Shown: positions 8,741-19,513 of the stretch, piece after piece
How positions within the stretch are numbered: the first letter of the stretch is position 1
Layout: every line of letters begins with the position of its first letter
NCBI GenBank assembly: GCA_051751285.1
Contig: JBNJKT010000010.1
Span: 20,006 to 84,005 of the forward strand
Reading direction: 5' to 3'
Length of the DNA: 64,000 bases
Source: Pseudomonadota bacterium
GTDB lineage: Bacteria > Pseudomonadota > Gammaproteobacteria > Pseudomonadales > Halomonadaceae
Program-made: the position numbers and the translations under genes
The notes under the pieces: model-generated
Told to the model about the DNA's origin: nothing
Databases searched by the model: none
What the model saw: the letters and a program-made list of their open reading frames with translations, nothing else

Positions 8741-9337
8741 TCAACGATGTAATTGGATGTTGAGCTCCTGGCCATGACCCAGGCTGACCTGCTGAATGAC
8801 CACGCGAGTCTCGCCGGTGGACGGATCCCGGCCACTGCCCGACACATAAAACTCACCGGCCGGCAGACCAGTGATGCGGAAGTAGCCGTTGCCGTCAGTA
8901 CGTGTGGTGTGGGTGTACTCGCGAGCCCGGGGATCCGCACGCTCCACGGCGTTTCCCGCCAGGGCCTGCTCCGCGGCCTCGGCGGAATAGGTGGTCACCG
9001 GCGCCACGGCGACGCCTGCGTTTGCCACGGGGCGGCCACCCAGCAGCAGACGTCCGCTGATCACGCCGCTGCCGCTCTTCTCCAGGGCGCCATACTCATC
9101 GGCGGAGAAGGCCACCTGGCGGGTGACCCGCTTGGTAGTGGAGGGCGGCTCGGCCTCTGGTATCTCGCGTGGCGCTTGCGCCTCTGGTATCTCGCGTGTC
9201 TCGCCTGGCACCTCCGTGCCGCGCTCGATCACCTCGACGCGCTCGCGTTCACCGGCGGGATAGCGCGGCTCGATGATCTGGCAGCCGGCCAGCGAGAGCC
9301 CCAGCAGGGCCGGTAGAATCCAAGGTTTCATCTTCAT
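8741..9337 (-). CDS. lipoprotein with carboxypeptidase-regulatory-like beta-sandwich domain
   Basis: Signal peptide plus lipobox MKMKPWILPALLGLSLAGC, and an NGYFRITGLPAGEFYV motif. Contains a 27-bp tandem repeat (REIPEAQAP / REIPEAEPP). Confidence 0.7.
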   Translation of the reverse strand: MKMKPWILPALLGLSLAGCQIIEPRYPAGERERVEVIERGTEVPGETREIPEAQAPREIPEAEPPSTTKRVTRQVAFSADEYGALEKSGSGVISGRLLLGGRPVANAGVAVAPVTTYSAEAAEQALAGNAVERADPRAREYTHTTRTDGNGYFRITGLPAGEFYVSGSGRDPSTGETRVVIQQVSLGHGQELNIQLHR

Positions 9338-9397
9338 TCTCCCTGCAAGTGGAGGATGCCCCGGGCCGGGGAGCAAAGTACCCGGTGAGCATAACGC

Positions 9398-9464
9398 AAA
9401 AGGGCCGCCGATCATCGATCGGCGGCCCTTTTGTGATCAAGCTGGCGCCGGCATTGCCGGCGCC
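9398..9464 (-). terminator. two hairpins downstream of the phasin gene
   Basis: AAAAGGGCCGCCGATC/GATCGGCGGCCCTTTT palindrome flanked by A/T runs (9398-9432), plus GGCGCCGGC-ATT-GCCGGCGCC (9444-9464). Confidence 0.65.
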
Positions 9465-9471
9465 GTCAGGC

Positions 9472-9840
9472 TTACTTGGCTGCCTTGGTGGCAGTCTCGG
9501 TCGCCTGCTTGACGTTGTCTTCGGTGAGCTTCTGGCTCTGCTGCACGAAGTCCTGCTGCAGGGAGACGACCTTCTCGGTATCGCCCTTCAGGCGCTCGGT
9601 CAGGTCCTTGGCGACCTTCTGCTGGCCTTCCATGTAGGTGCGCAGGCCTTCGGCATCCTTGACGTTCAGCAGGCTGCGGAGCTGCGCCATGCCGGTGTCG
9701 GTGTAGGCCTTGCTGGCATCCAGCTGGGCATTGACCAGCTTCTCGGTGTAATCCACGGACAGGGCGGCGTAGGCGCGAGCCGGACCGAAGAACATGGATT
9801 CGAACTGTTCGGTGAACTGCTTGGTGTCGAAGTTTTGCAT
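9472..9840 (-). CDS. phaP: phasin family protein (PHA granule-associated)
   Basis: MQNFDTKQFTEQFESMFFGPARAYAALSVDYTEKLV..., 122 aa. The ATG at 9840 is preceded by GGGAGG. Confidence 0.82.
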   Translation of the reverse strand: MQNFDTKQFTEQFESMFFGPARAYAALSVDYTEKLVNAQLDASKAYTDTGMAQLRSLLNVKDAEGLRTYMEGQQKVAKDLTERLKGDTEKVVSLQQDFVQQSQKLTEDNVKQATETATKAAK

Positions 9841-10052
9841 CGTGAGTCCCTCCCGGGGATTTCGGATCAATTCGAAGGCCGTGGCGGTCTGCCGATGCCT
9901 TCTGCGTCTCTGTTGCGATGCACAATAGCAAAGTGATTGGTGCAGTGCAACATGCTTTCTTTCTTTTTCTCGTCGGGAGTGCTCTTGCAAGGCCGACCGC
10001 CTGACGCCATGTTGAGGAGAGCGTCATTCACGAAGAATACGAGGAGCGGGAC

Positions 10053-11432
<1,380 letters not shown>

Positions 11433-11504
11433 AGGTGAATTCGCTGGCGGCCCGGTCATCGCCTGGGCCGGTGGTCGTCTTTCGTGAATGCCTGCTTCGG
11501 ATGG

Positions 11505-12314
11505 TCAGAGCGCCTTGCGACGCAGCAGGCCGGTAATTCCCTCGCCGATCAGCACCAGTACGACGATGGCGATCAGGATGGTGGCGACCGTCTGCCAGGC
11601 GAAAGTGTCGATGGAGCCCTGCAGGATCACGCCGATACCGCCGGCCCCGACCAGCCCGAGTACCGTGGACTCGCGGATGTTGATGTCCCAGCGCAGGATA
11701 ACGATGGCGAAGAAGGCCGGCATCACCTGGGGGACGACGGCATAGGCGATCACCTTCGCCTTGGAGGCCCCCGTTGCTTCCATGGCTTCCACCGGGCGAC
11801 GGTCGATCTCCTCGATGGCTTCACCCATCAGCTTGCCGATGAAGCCCACCGAGCGGAACATGATGGCCAGTATCCCGGCCAGCACCCCGGGGCCGAATAT
11901 CGCCACGAAAAGCAGCGCCCAGATGATGGTGTTCACCGAGCGGCTGGAGACCAGGATGAAGCGCCCCAACCACAGGCAGGCACGATTGGGCGTGGTGTTC
12001 TGGGCGGCGATATAGGAGACCGGCAGGGCGATGAAGATGGTCAGCATGGTGGCAAGCGTGGCGATATGCACGGTCTCGATCATGGCATTGACTATCTCGC
12101 CGAGGCGGCTCGGGTCCGGCGGCCACATGCGTCCCCCCAGACTCGAGATCTGATTGGGGGCATCCCAGACCCAGGGCCAGAAGATGTCGATGTCGCGGAC
12201 TGCCCAGACAACCAGCATCAGCGTCACCAGCATCACGGCGTAGCGGATGAGTTGCTCTCTGGGATTGTGGCGTCGCCAGATGCGATCGGCGAGCAGGTCG
12301 GCATCCTTTACCAT
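11505..12314 (-). CDS. phnE: phosphonate ABC transporter permease
   Basis: PhnE-like polytopic protein, last gene of the phnDCEE cluster. Confidence 0.82.
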   Translation of the reverse strand: MVKDADLLADRIWRRHNPREQLIRYAVMLVTLMLVVWAVRDIDIFWPWVWDAPNQISSLGGRMWPPDPSRLGEIVNAMIETVHIATLATMLTIFIALPVSYIAAQNTTPNRACLWLGRFILVSSRSVNTIIWALLFVAIFGPGVLAGILAIMFRSVGFIGKLMGEAIEEIDRRPVEAMEATGASKAKVIAYAVVPQVMPAFFAIVILRWDINIRESTVLGLVGAGGIGVILQGSIDTFAWQTVATILIAIVVLVLIGEGITGLLRRKAL

Positions 12315-13123
12315 ATCTTCTTCCTTACCCAGCCGCTGACGCCCTCGCTGATCAGGATCACGGCAATGATCACCAGCAGGATGGCGAAGGCGAAATCATA
12401 GTCATAGCGCCCGAAGGCATTCATCAGGGTGCTGCCGATGCCGCCTGCGCCAACGATACCCACCACCGCGGAGGCGCGCAGGTTGCTGTCGAGCTGGTAC
12501 ATGGAGAGCCCCACCTGACGCGGCAGGATCTGCGGGAAGACGGCATAGTAGAGCGTGGCCAGATAGCCGGCGCCCGTGGCGCGCATGGCCTCGACCTGGC
12601 CCCAGTCGATCTCCTCGATCTCCTCGGCGAGCAGCTTGCCGACGAAGCCGATGGAGTAGAGGGTCAGGGTCAAAATTCCCGCCAAGGGGCCGAAGCCCAC
12701 CGCGGCGACGAAGAGGATAGCGACGATTACCGGATGGAAGCTGCGCGAGACGATGATCACCGATCGCCCCAGTAGGTAGACGGGCAAGGGCGCGATGTTG
12801 CGTGCCGCCATCACCGCAAAGGGGATCGACAGCAGCACCCCGAGCAGAGTAGCGAGGATGGCGATCTGCAGGCTCTCCGTGAAGCCGGTCAGCAGCAGGT
12901 CGAAGCGCGAGAAGCTTGGCGGGAAGCCGCCGCCGAAGATACGCGCCGCCCGGGGCAGCCCTTCGCTGATGCGTTCCCAGTTGAAGGGCAGGGTGGCGAA
13001 GGCCCACACCAGATAGAACGCCAGCACTGCCAATAGACCATAGCGCAGCAGGGGATTGGCGATGAAGGGCGGCTTGCGCCAGGTCCGCGGCGTTGACGTG
13101 GTGGTACTGTCAGGTCGCGTCAT
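12308..13123 (-). CDS. phnE: phosphonate ABC transporter permease
   Basis: Second PhnE paralog. The ATG at 13123 (MTRPDSTT..) overlaps the phnC stop. The longer listed ORF start was rejected. Confidence 0.78.
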   Translation of the reverse strand: MTRPDSTTTSTPRTWRKPPFIANPLLRYGLLAVLAFYLVWAFATLPFNWERISEGLPRAARIFGGGFPPSFSRFDLLLTGFTESLQIAILATLLGVLLSIPFAVMAARNIAPLPVYLLGRSVIIVSRSFHPVIVAILFVAAVGFGPLAGILTLTLYSIGFVGKLLAEEIEEIDWGQVEAMRATGAGYLATLYYAVFPQILPRQVGLSMYQLDSNLRASAVVGIVGAGGIGSTLMNAFGRYDYDFAFAILLVIIAVILISEGVSGWVRKKIW

Positions 13124-13925
13124 GGCGGACCTCTTCTCCGGATGCTTGCGAGCCGTCCTGCGGGGTGGCGGTCTCGTCCTCCGGCGATTCGATACCACCG
13201 TAGATGGCGTCCAGTGCCTCCTGGTCGAAGTCGGCGGGGGCGCCATCGAAGATCATGGTGCCGTGTCGCAGACCGACGATACGGTCGGTATAGGCCCTGG
13301 CCTGGGCCACGTTGTGAATGTTGATCAGCACCGGCAGCGACAGCTCGCTGGCCAGGCTCTGCAGCAGCACCATGATCTGTTCTGAGGTACGCGGGTCCAG
13401 GGAGGCCGTGGGCTCGTCGGCCAGCAGCACCTCCGGTTCCTGCATCAGGGCGCGCACCACGCCAACCCGCTGGCGCTCGCCGCCGGAGAGTTCATCGGCG
13501 CGCTTGTTGGCGTAGTGGGCGATACCCACCCGCTCCATCAGCTTGAAGGCGCGCTCGATATCCGTGGCAGGGTAGCGGCGGCTGATGGCCTGGAAGAGGC
13601 TGACATAGCCCAGTCGGCCGGAGAGCACGTTCTCCATCACGGTAAGGCGATCGATCAGATTGAAGCCCTGGAAGACCATGCCGATCTTGCGTCGGGCACG
13701 TCGCAGTTCGCCATGCCTGAGATCGACGAGTTCGGTGCCGTTGAGCTTGATCGAGCCCGAGGTAGGCTCGACGAGTCGATTGATGCAACGGAGCATGGTG
13801 CTCTTGCCGGCGCCAGAGGCACCGACGATGGCCACCACGCTGTTGTCCTCTACGCTCAGATCGAGCCCCTTGAGTACGGGCTCGTCGTGTCCGTAGCGCT
13901 TGATCAGGTTGGATATCTCTAGCAT
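13110..13925 (-). CDS. phnC: phosphonate ABC transporter ATP-binding protein
   Basis: Walker A GASGAGKST, LSGGERQRV signature, and the MLEISNLIKRYG N-terminus typical of PhnC. Confidence 0.88.
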   Translation of the reverse strand: MLEISNLIKRYGHDEPVLKGLDLSVEDNSVVAIVGASGAGKSTMLRCINRLVEPTSGSIKLNGTELVDLRHGELRRARRKIGMVFQGFNLIDRLTVMENVLSGRLGYVSLFQAISRRYPATDIERAFKLMERVGIAHYANKRADELSGGERQRVGVVRALMQEPEVLLADEPTASLDPRTSEQIMVLLQSLASELSLPVLINIHNVAQARAYTDRIVGLRHGTMIFDGAPADFDQEALDAIYGGIESPEDETATPQDGSQASGEEVRHDAT

Positions 13926-14008
13926 CGGCGGGTCCGGGCGGGCGAAGGGTCAACGAGACAGCGACGCCGACCTCGTCGGGAAGGCCGGCGTCGAGGAGTC
14001 AGTGAAGC

Positions 14009-15016
14009 TTACTGGAGATTGTCGGGGGTGTATTCGACCCCGTTGGCATTCTGGATGGTGCGAATGACCTTCCAGTCTTCCTGATAATTGATGGGGATGA
14101 ACTTCTCGACCCCTTCGAACTCCTCGCCGAGCTCGGTACCGGCGAACTCGAAGCTGAAGAAGGCCTCCTCGATCTTGTCGACCAGATCGGGATGCAGGTT
14201 ATGGGCATGGTTGTAGGACGTCGTCGGGAAGCGGTCGGACTCGTAGATGATCTTGACGTCTTCCGGGTCATAGAGGTCGCGGGCCGCCATGCGCTCCACC
14301 ACTTCCGAGGCCACCGGGGCGGCGTCGTAGTCCTGAGCCACCACGCCGAGCATGGACTGGTCGTGGCTGCCGGAGTAGACCACCTCGTAGTCCTCGCCGG
14401 GCACGATGCCCATCTCGGGAAATAGGGCGCGCGGCGCCTGGTTGCCCGAGTTGGAGGTCGGCGAGGTGTGGGCGACTCGCTTGCCCTCGAGGTCCGTTAT
14501 TTCGTCGATGCCGGAATCCACGTGGGTATACAACTGCAGGGTATAGCCGAAGCGACCATCGTCGGAGCCCATCAGGGCGAAGGGCACGGCACCGGCCAGG
14601 TTGACGGCGAAGGGGGTCGGACCCGTCGAGAAGCCGGCGATGTGCAGGCGGCCGCTGCGCATGGCCTCGACCTGGGCCGAGTTGGACTGTACGGCAAAGA
14701 AACGCACGTCACGTTCCGTCACCTCCTCGAGATGATCGATGAAGGGTTGCCAGATGTCCGAGTAGATGGCGGGGTCTTCCACCGGCGTATAGGCAAAGAT
14801 CAGGGTGTCGGGGTTGGCCCACTCCGACTCGTCCTGCGGGAGGTCGGCTACCATGTCGCCGTTCCTGTCACAGTAGAGATCGGCCAGGGCGCCGCGCTCA
14901 CAGTCCTCCTGAGCATGGGCCTGGTTGGCGGCCAACAGGGCAAGGGGCAGCAGCGAAGAAGAGAGGGCCAGCTTGGCCAACGAGCGCTTTCCAGATCGGT
15001 TGGGATGATGAATCAT
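14009..15016 (-). CDS. phnD: phosphate/phosphite/phosphonate ABC transporter substrate-binding protein
   Basis: Signal peptide, PhnD-like core (LIFAYTPVEDP..., RLHIAGFSTGP), and operon context. Confidence 0.82.
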   Translation of the reverse strand: MIHHPNRSGKRSLAKLALSSSLLPLALLAANQAHAQEDCERGALADLYCDRNGDMVADLPQDESEWANPDTLIFAYTPVEDPAIYSDIWQPFIDHLEEVTERDVRFFAVQSNSAQVEAMRSGRLHIAGFSTGPTPFAVNLAGAVPFALMGSDDGRFGYTLQLYTHVDSGIDEITDLEGKRVAHTSPTSNSGNQAPRALFPEMGIVPGEDYEVVYSGSHDQSMLGVVAQDYDAAPVASEVVERMAARDLYDPEDVKIIYESDRFPTTSYNHAHNLHPDLVDKIEEAFFSFEFAGTELGEEFEGVEKFIPINYQEDWKVIRTIQNANGVEYTPDNLQ

Positions 15017-15118
15017 GGCGTGTCTCCTGAGATTATTGTTGTACAGCGCGTTCGGTTTTCGACATATCGACGATCGATTCCGAACAGCTCTTTCTAATCT
15101 AGAGTTTGTGACAAAACC

Positions 15119-15706
15119 ATGTCAAACACTTTCCCGCCCGCGTCGCGTCATCGATGTAACCGCTACCTGCTGATGCGCCACGGTCATAGCCAGGCCAACC
15201 AGCAGGGGCTGATCATCAGTTCGCCGGAACGCGGTCTAGCCGGTTTCGGACTCTCGCCCATTGGCCGTGACCAACTCGATGAACTCCTGGCCGAGTGGCG
15301 CTGGGATCCCCCCAGCCGAATTCTGCACTCGGATTTTCGGCGCACCACCGAGACGGCAGAGCGCGTGGCGCGCCACTTTGGGCTGCGTCTGGAGCCCGAA
15401 CGACGACTTCGCGAGCGACACTTCGGTGACTTCGAGGGGGAAGGGGATGCGCGTTACGCCGAGGTGTGGGCTCACGACGCCCGCGACCCGGCCCACACTC
15501 ACGCCGGGGTGGAGGCCGTCACCGAGGTGGCCGCTCGCACCACGGGCCTGATCGCCGAGCTGGAACAGCGCCACCGGGGAGAGACGTTTCTGCTGGTCAG
15601 CCACGGCGACCCCTTGCAGATTCTGTTGACCGCCCTGGAAGGCGGGGATCTGAAACGGCACCGCGAGCGGGTGTCGCTTGCGCCGGCCAGCATCACGCTA
15701 TTGTGA
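15119..15706 (+). CDS. histidine phosphatase (phosphoglycerate mutase) family protein
   Basis: RHGHS catalytic motif (LLMRHGHSQAN) and a C-terminal SHGD motif. Confidence 0.8.
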   Translation: MSNTFPPASRHRCNRYLLMRHGHSQANQQGLIISSPERGLAGFGLSPIGRDQLDELLAEWRWDPPSRILHSDFRRTTETAERVARHFGLRLEPERRLRERHFGDFEGEGDARYAEVWAHDARDPAHTHAGVEAVTEVAARTTGLIAELEQRHRGETFLLVSHGDPLQILLTALEGGDLKRHRERVSLAPASITLL

Positions 15707-15726
15707 TGGCGCCATGGGGCAGCGCG

Positions 15727-17295
15727 TCAGGCACTGCGTAGCGACCGCGACGGGTCCCGAGCAGCGCCGACACGCTCGGCAGGAGGGAGCGGGCTGTCCT
15801 CGCCCAGGCCAAGGCGATCGTTCAGGTAGTTGGCCAGGCGCCGGGTCTGGACGGCATTGAGGTGCAGCGCCAGCTTGGTCCGCCGCCACAGGATGTCCTC
15901 CAGCGACCGTGCCCACTCCTGTTCGACCAGGTAATCCACCTCAGCAGCGGTCAGGCCGGCGCCGAAGGCCGGCCCCAGGGCGGACTGGGACCCCTTGTCG
16001 TCGAGGAAGATGCGGCACAGCGACCCGTAGGTGCGCGCATAGCGGCGCGCCTGGAAGGCATCCAGGAACGGATACTCCTCGAGCAACTGCGCCGCGAAGG
16101 TGGCCTGGTCACCGATATCGCCACCGGGCAGCGGCGTCTCCTCCGTCCAGGGGGCGGTCATCGCCGGCAAGTGAGGCGCGAGCATTTCTAGCACCGCTTC
16201 GGCCAGCTTGCGATAGGTGGTGATCTTGCCGCCGAACACCGAGAGCAGCGGCGCGCCCCGGGTATCGAGGTCCAGGGTGTAGTCGCGCGTCATGGCCGAG
16301 GGGGCGGTGGATTCGTCATCGCACAGCGGGCGCACCCCGGAGAAGGTGCGGATCACGGCGCTGCGCGCAAGCTGGGTGCGGAAGTGGGTGTTGACCACCG
16401 AGAGCAGGTAGTCGATCTCTTCCTCGCTGGCTTCGACGCGCGACGGGTCCCCTTCGTAGCGGCGATCGGTGGTGCCGATCAGGCTGAAGTCTTCCTCGTA
16501 GGGCAGCACGAAGACGATGCGCCGATCGCTGTTCTGCAGGATGTAGGCGCGGTCGTCGCGATTCAGGCGAGGCACGATGAGGTGGCTACCCTGGATCATG
16601 CGAACAGCGTAGCGCGACTGACGTTGCGCCTGGTGGCGTACCACCTGCTCGACCCAGGGACCAGCCGCGTTGACCAGCGTTCGACAGCGGCGAGTCAGGC
16701 GCTGGCCGGAGTCGATTTCCTCGAGGGCCACTTCCCACTCGCCGTCGACTTCCCGGGCGCCTGTACAGCGTGTGCGAACCCGAATCTCGGCCCCGTTGCG
16801 GCGGGCCTGGATGGCGTTGAGTACCACCATGCGGGCGTCCTCCACCCAGCAGTCCGAGTATTCGAAGCCGCGGGTAATGTCCGTGGCCAGGCCCTGATGC
16901 GCTGAGAGCCTGACACTGCGCGAGCCCGGTAACGTCTCGCGCTTGCCGAGATGGTCGTAAAGAAACAGACCGGCCCGAAGCATCCAGGCCGGTCGCAGGT
17001 GCGGACGATGCGGCAGGATGAAGCGCAGTGGCCAGATGATATGGGGCGCCTTGGCAAGCAGTACCTCGCGCTCGCGAAGGGCTTCGCGCACCAGCCGAAA
17101 TTCATGGTGCTCCAGGTAGCGAAGGCCACCGTGGATCAGCTTGCTGCTGGCCGAGGAGGTGGCGCCGGCGAGGTCCCCCTGTTCGCACAGTCCGACCGAC
17201 AGGCCGCGCCCGGCCGCATCATTGGCGATACCGGTGCCGTTGATGCCGCCGCCGATCACGAAGAGGTCGAGTACTTCATCTGATGTGTTATCCAT
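15727..17295 (-). CDS. glpD: aerobic glycerol-3-phosphate dehydrogenase
   Basis: FAD fold DLFVIGGGINGTGIANDAAGRG, 522 aa, downstream of glpR. Confidence 0.9.
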   Translation of the reverse strand: MDNTSDEVLDLFVIGGGINGTGIANDAAGRGLSVGLCEQGDLAGATSSASSKLIHGGLRYLEHHEFRLVREALREREVLLAKAPHIIWPLRFILPHRPHLRPAWMLRAGLFLYDHLGKRETLPGSRSVRLSAHQGLATDITRGFEYSDCWVEDARMVVLNAIQARRNGAEIRVRTRCTGAREVDGEWEVALEEIDSGQRLTRRCRTLVNAAGPWVEQVVRHQAQRQSRYAVRMIQGSHLIVPRLNRDDRAYILQNSDRRIVFVLPYEEDFSLIGTTDRRYEGDPSRVEASEEEIDYLLSVVNTHFRTQLARSAVIRTFSGVRPLCDDESTAPSAMTRDYTLDLDTRGAPLLSVFGGKITTYRKLAEAVLEMLAPHLPAMTAPWTEETPLPGGDIGDQATFAAQLLEEYPFLDAFQARRYARTYGSLCRIFLDDKGSQSALGPAFGAGLTAAEVDYLVEQEWARSLEDILWRRTKLALHLNAVQTRRLANYLNDRLGLGEDSPLPPAERVGAARDPSRSLRSA

Positions 17296-17330
17296 GGAAT
17301 CTCCCCCCGGCGCTGGCCCGGACCTCTAGG

Positions 17331-17369
17331 ATGTTTGAATTCGAAAATAGACGAAAATCAAACGAACAT
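17331..17369. promoter_or_regulatory. GlpR-operator-like sites upstream of glpD
   Basis: ATGTTTGAATTCGAAAAT and ACGAAAATCAAACGAACAT (reverse complement ATGTTCGTTTGATTTTCGT). These contain TGTTCG / CGAACA half-sites like enterobacterial GlpR operators. Confidence 0.45.
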
Positions 17370-17468
17370 CAAGGCGCGTCATGGCGCCCTGGTGTCTTGC
17401 CGAAGGGGGAGTGCAGGCGGATGTGCCGTATGTAGAGCGCAAGGAGTAAAGCGCTGTCAGGCGCGGCC

Positions 17469-18227
17469 TTAGGCGATATGCAGTGTCACATCGTGCTGCT
17501 TCAGGAGGCGCAGGATGGCCTCGGGCGGCTCGCGGTCAGTGAACAGGGCGTCGAGCTGTGCCAGGTTGCCCTGACGCACCACCGGGTTACGCTGGAACTT
17601 GGAGTGATCGGTGGCCAGGAAGATCTTTCGGGAATTGCGGATAATGGCCTGGGCGACGCGCACTTCCTGGTAGTCGAACTCCAGCAGGGAGCCATCCTCG
17701 TCGATGCCGCTGATGCCGATGATGCCGTAGTCGACCTTGAACTGATTGATGAAGTCGATAGTTGCCTCGCCGATGATGCCGCCATCCCGGGAGCGGACCT
17801 CGCCGCCGGCGATGATCACATTGAAGTCATCCTTGTGCTGGAGGATCGCCGCCACGTTGAGGTTGTTGGTGATCACCTCCAGTCCCTGGTGGTCCAGCAG
17901 CGCCTCGGCGATGACCTCGTTGCTGGTCCCGATGTTGATGAACAGCGACGAGTGGTCGGGAATATGTCGAGCGAGCAGCTCGGCGATTCGCTGCTTGGCC
18001 TCGAGGTTGAGGGTCTTGCGTGTCGAGTAGGCGGTATTGACGGTGCTCGACTCCAGGCCTGCGCCACCGTGAACCCGGCGAATGCGCCCTTCGGTAGAGA
18101 GCGTGTTGAGGTCGCGACGAATGGTCTGGGGCGTGACCGTAAAATGCTCGGTGAGCTGCTCGATGCTGGCATACCCCTGGCGGCGCACCAGCTCGATGAT
18201 GGCGTCCTGGCGTTGCTGCTGGTTCAT
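17469..18227 (-). CDS. glpR: DeoR-family glycerol-3-phosphate regulon repressor
   Basis: MNQQQRQDAIIELVRRQGYASIEQLTEHFTVTPQTIRRDLNTL (DeoR HTH) plus a sugar-phosphate-binding C-terminal domain. Confidence 0.85.
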   Translation of the reverse strand: MNQQQRQDAIIELVRRQGYASIEQLTEHFTVTPQTIRRDLNTLSTEGRIRRVHGGAGLESSTVNTAYSTRKTLNLEAKQRIAELLARHIPDHSSLFINIGTSNEVIAEALLDHQGLEVITNNLNVAAILQHKDDFNVIIAGGEVRSRDGGIIGEATIDFINQFKVDYGIIGISGIDEDGSLLEFDYQEVRVAQAIIRNSRKIFLATDHSKFQRNPVVRQGNLAQLDALFTDREPPEAILRLLKQHDVTLHIA

Positions 18228-18479
18228 GGCATCTCCTTGGTTAAGCATGATTCTACTGCATTTTCGCTGCTTGGGGGATGGTCATGCAGACGTGGAGTCG
18301 TTAACTGCGACGAGTCTTCCTGCTCTCTACAACCGCCATTGCGCCATGACCCTCTTTATCAGGATCTCGCGTTTACATGATTCGAGAACCTGTGAGCTCA
18401 GGCAGAGTGATCGAATGTGAAAAGAAGCGGCAATTTAAAGTTGCAAAAACAACACGGGGGCGTCACGATTCGGGTGGGG

Positions 18480-18497
18480 ATGTTCGATATCGATCAT
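18480..18497. promoter_or_regulatory. near-perfect GlpR-operator-like palindrome
   Basis: ATGTTCGATATCGATCAT, with 16 of 18 positions symmetric. It lies 46 nt upstream of the DJ-1 gene start, in the glpR-divergent region. Confidence 0.5.
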
Positions 18498-18542
18498 ATT
18501 GAGTGTTCTCTATCCTACAATGATTAACAAGGAGATGGCCCC

Positions 18543-19124
18543 ATGGCTGCAAAACGTATCCTGCTGTTGGTCGGCGACTTCGCCGAAGACTATGAGGTGA
18601 TGGTTCCCTTTCAGGCCCTTCAGATGGTGGGCCATCAGGTGGACGCCATCTGCCCCGGTAAAACGAAGGGCGAGAAGGTAAAGACCGCCATTCACGACTT
18701 CCAGGGCGACCAGACCTACACCGAGAAACCGGGGCATGAGTTTGCCCTCAACGCTACCTTCAAGGACGTCAAGGCGGCCGACTACGATGCCTTGGTGATT
18801 GCCGGCGGCCGGGCCCCGGAGTACCTGCGGCTCGATCCCGAGGTGATTGCGCTGGTGCGCCACTTCGCCGACGAGAACAAACCCCTGGCGGCCATCTGCC
18901 ACGGTGCTCAGGTGCTGGCTGCTGCGGAGGTCATCGAAGGTCGTCGCATTTCTGCCTATCCCGCCTGTGCCCCGGAAGTACGACTGGCCGGTGGCACTTA
19001 CGCCGACATCGCCATCGATGGCGCCGAAACCGACGGCAATCTGGTCACTGGACCGGCCTGGCCAGCGCACCCGGCCTGGCTGGCGCAATTCCTCGAGGTC
19101 CTGGGAACACGCATCACTCTCTAA
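18543..19124 (+). CDS. DJ-1/PfpI family protein (protease/glyoxalase III-type)
   Basis: [21 protein letters not shown].. and the nucleophile elbow [10 protein letters not shown]; 193 aa. Confidence 0.88.
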   Translation: MAAKRILLLVGDFAEDYEVMVPFQALQMVGHQVDAICPGKTKGEKVKTAIHDFQGDQTYTEKPGHEFALNATFKDVKAADYDALVIAGGRAPEYLRLDPEVIALVRHFADENKPLAAICHGAQVLAAAEVIEGRRISAYPACAPEVRLAGGTYADIAIDGAETDGNLVTGPAWPAHPAWLAQFLEVLGTRITL

Positions 19125-19148
19125 TCCCCTCTCCGGGCCAGCTGTCAC

Positions 19149-19173
19149 GAGAGCGCCGCCAGTCGGCGCTCTC
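19149..19173 (+). terminator. hairpin after the DJ-1 gene
   Basis: 10-bp stem GAGAGCGCCG / CGGCGCTCTC with loop CCAGT. There is no strong T tract. Confidence 0.4.
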
Positions 19174-19404
19174 TGCGTTGGGGGTGGTTCCTGGGTTGCC
19201 GTCGGAAGATTCAATAACGAACATTGTGAAGCGCTAATCGTATCGCCCCTGGCCAATCGACACGGTTGGAGCATGATGGATTTTTCATGATCTGGTGTGA
19301 TAGACAAAAGTATGATAGTAATAAAATCCATATAAAACAGTGTATTGTACACATCCCTGATGTTTTTGATACGGCCCTCTTGCTGCGTTCGGAAAGATAC
19401 ACTA

Positions 19405-19420
19405 ATGTTCGAAATCGAAC
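19405..19420. promoter_or_regulatory. GlpR-operator-like palindrome upstream of glpF'/glpK
   Basis: ATGTTCGAAATCGAAC (GTTCGA-AA-TCGAAC). An additional half-site AACGAACATT lies at about 19217-19226. Confidence 0.5.
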
Positions 19421-19513
19421 CTTGCCGTCGCGTTGTACTCCGCAAAGGCGTGCGGCACAGAGCCTCGGCAGGATACGGTTTTCCGTCAGACACTCAGATG
19501 TTGCGTTTTGTAA

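Noticed and set aside
11484-12401. 305-aa plus-strand ORF opposite phnE
   Set aside because: It is an antisense artefact with a Gly/Asp/His-rich low-complexity translation.
15017-15118. Pho box in the phnD / histidine phosphatase divergent region
   Set aside because: TTGTCACAAACTC and CTGTACAACAATAATCTC match the CTGTCAT-N4-CTGTCAT consensus only weakly.
18510-19493. 327-aa minus-strand ORF opposite the DJ-1 gene, extending into the AT-rich region
   Set aside because: It is antisense to a gene with clear family motifs and has no SD or motif support.
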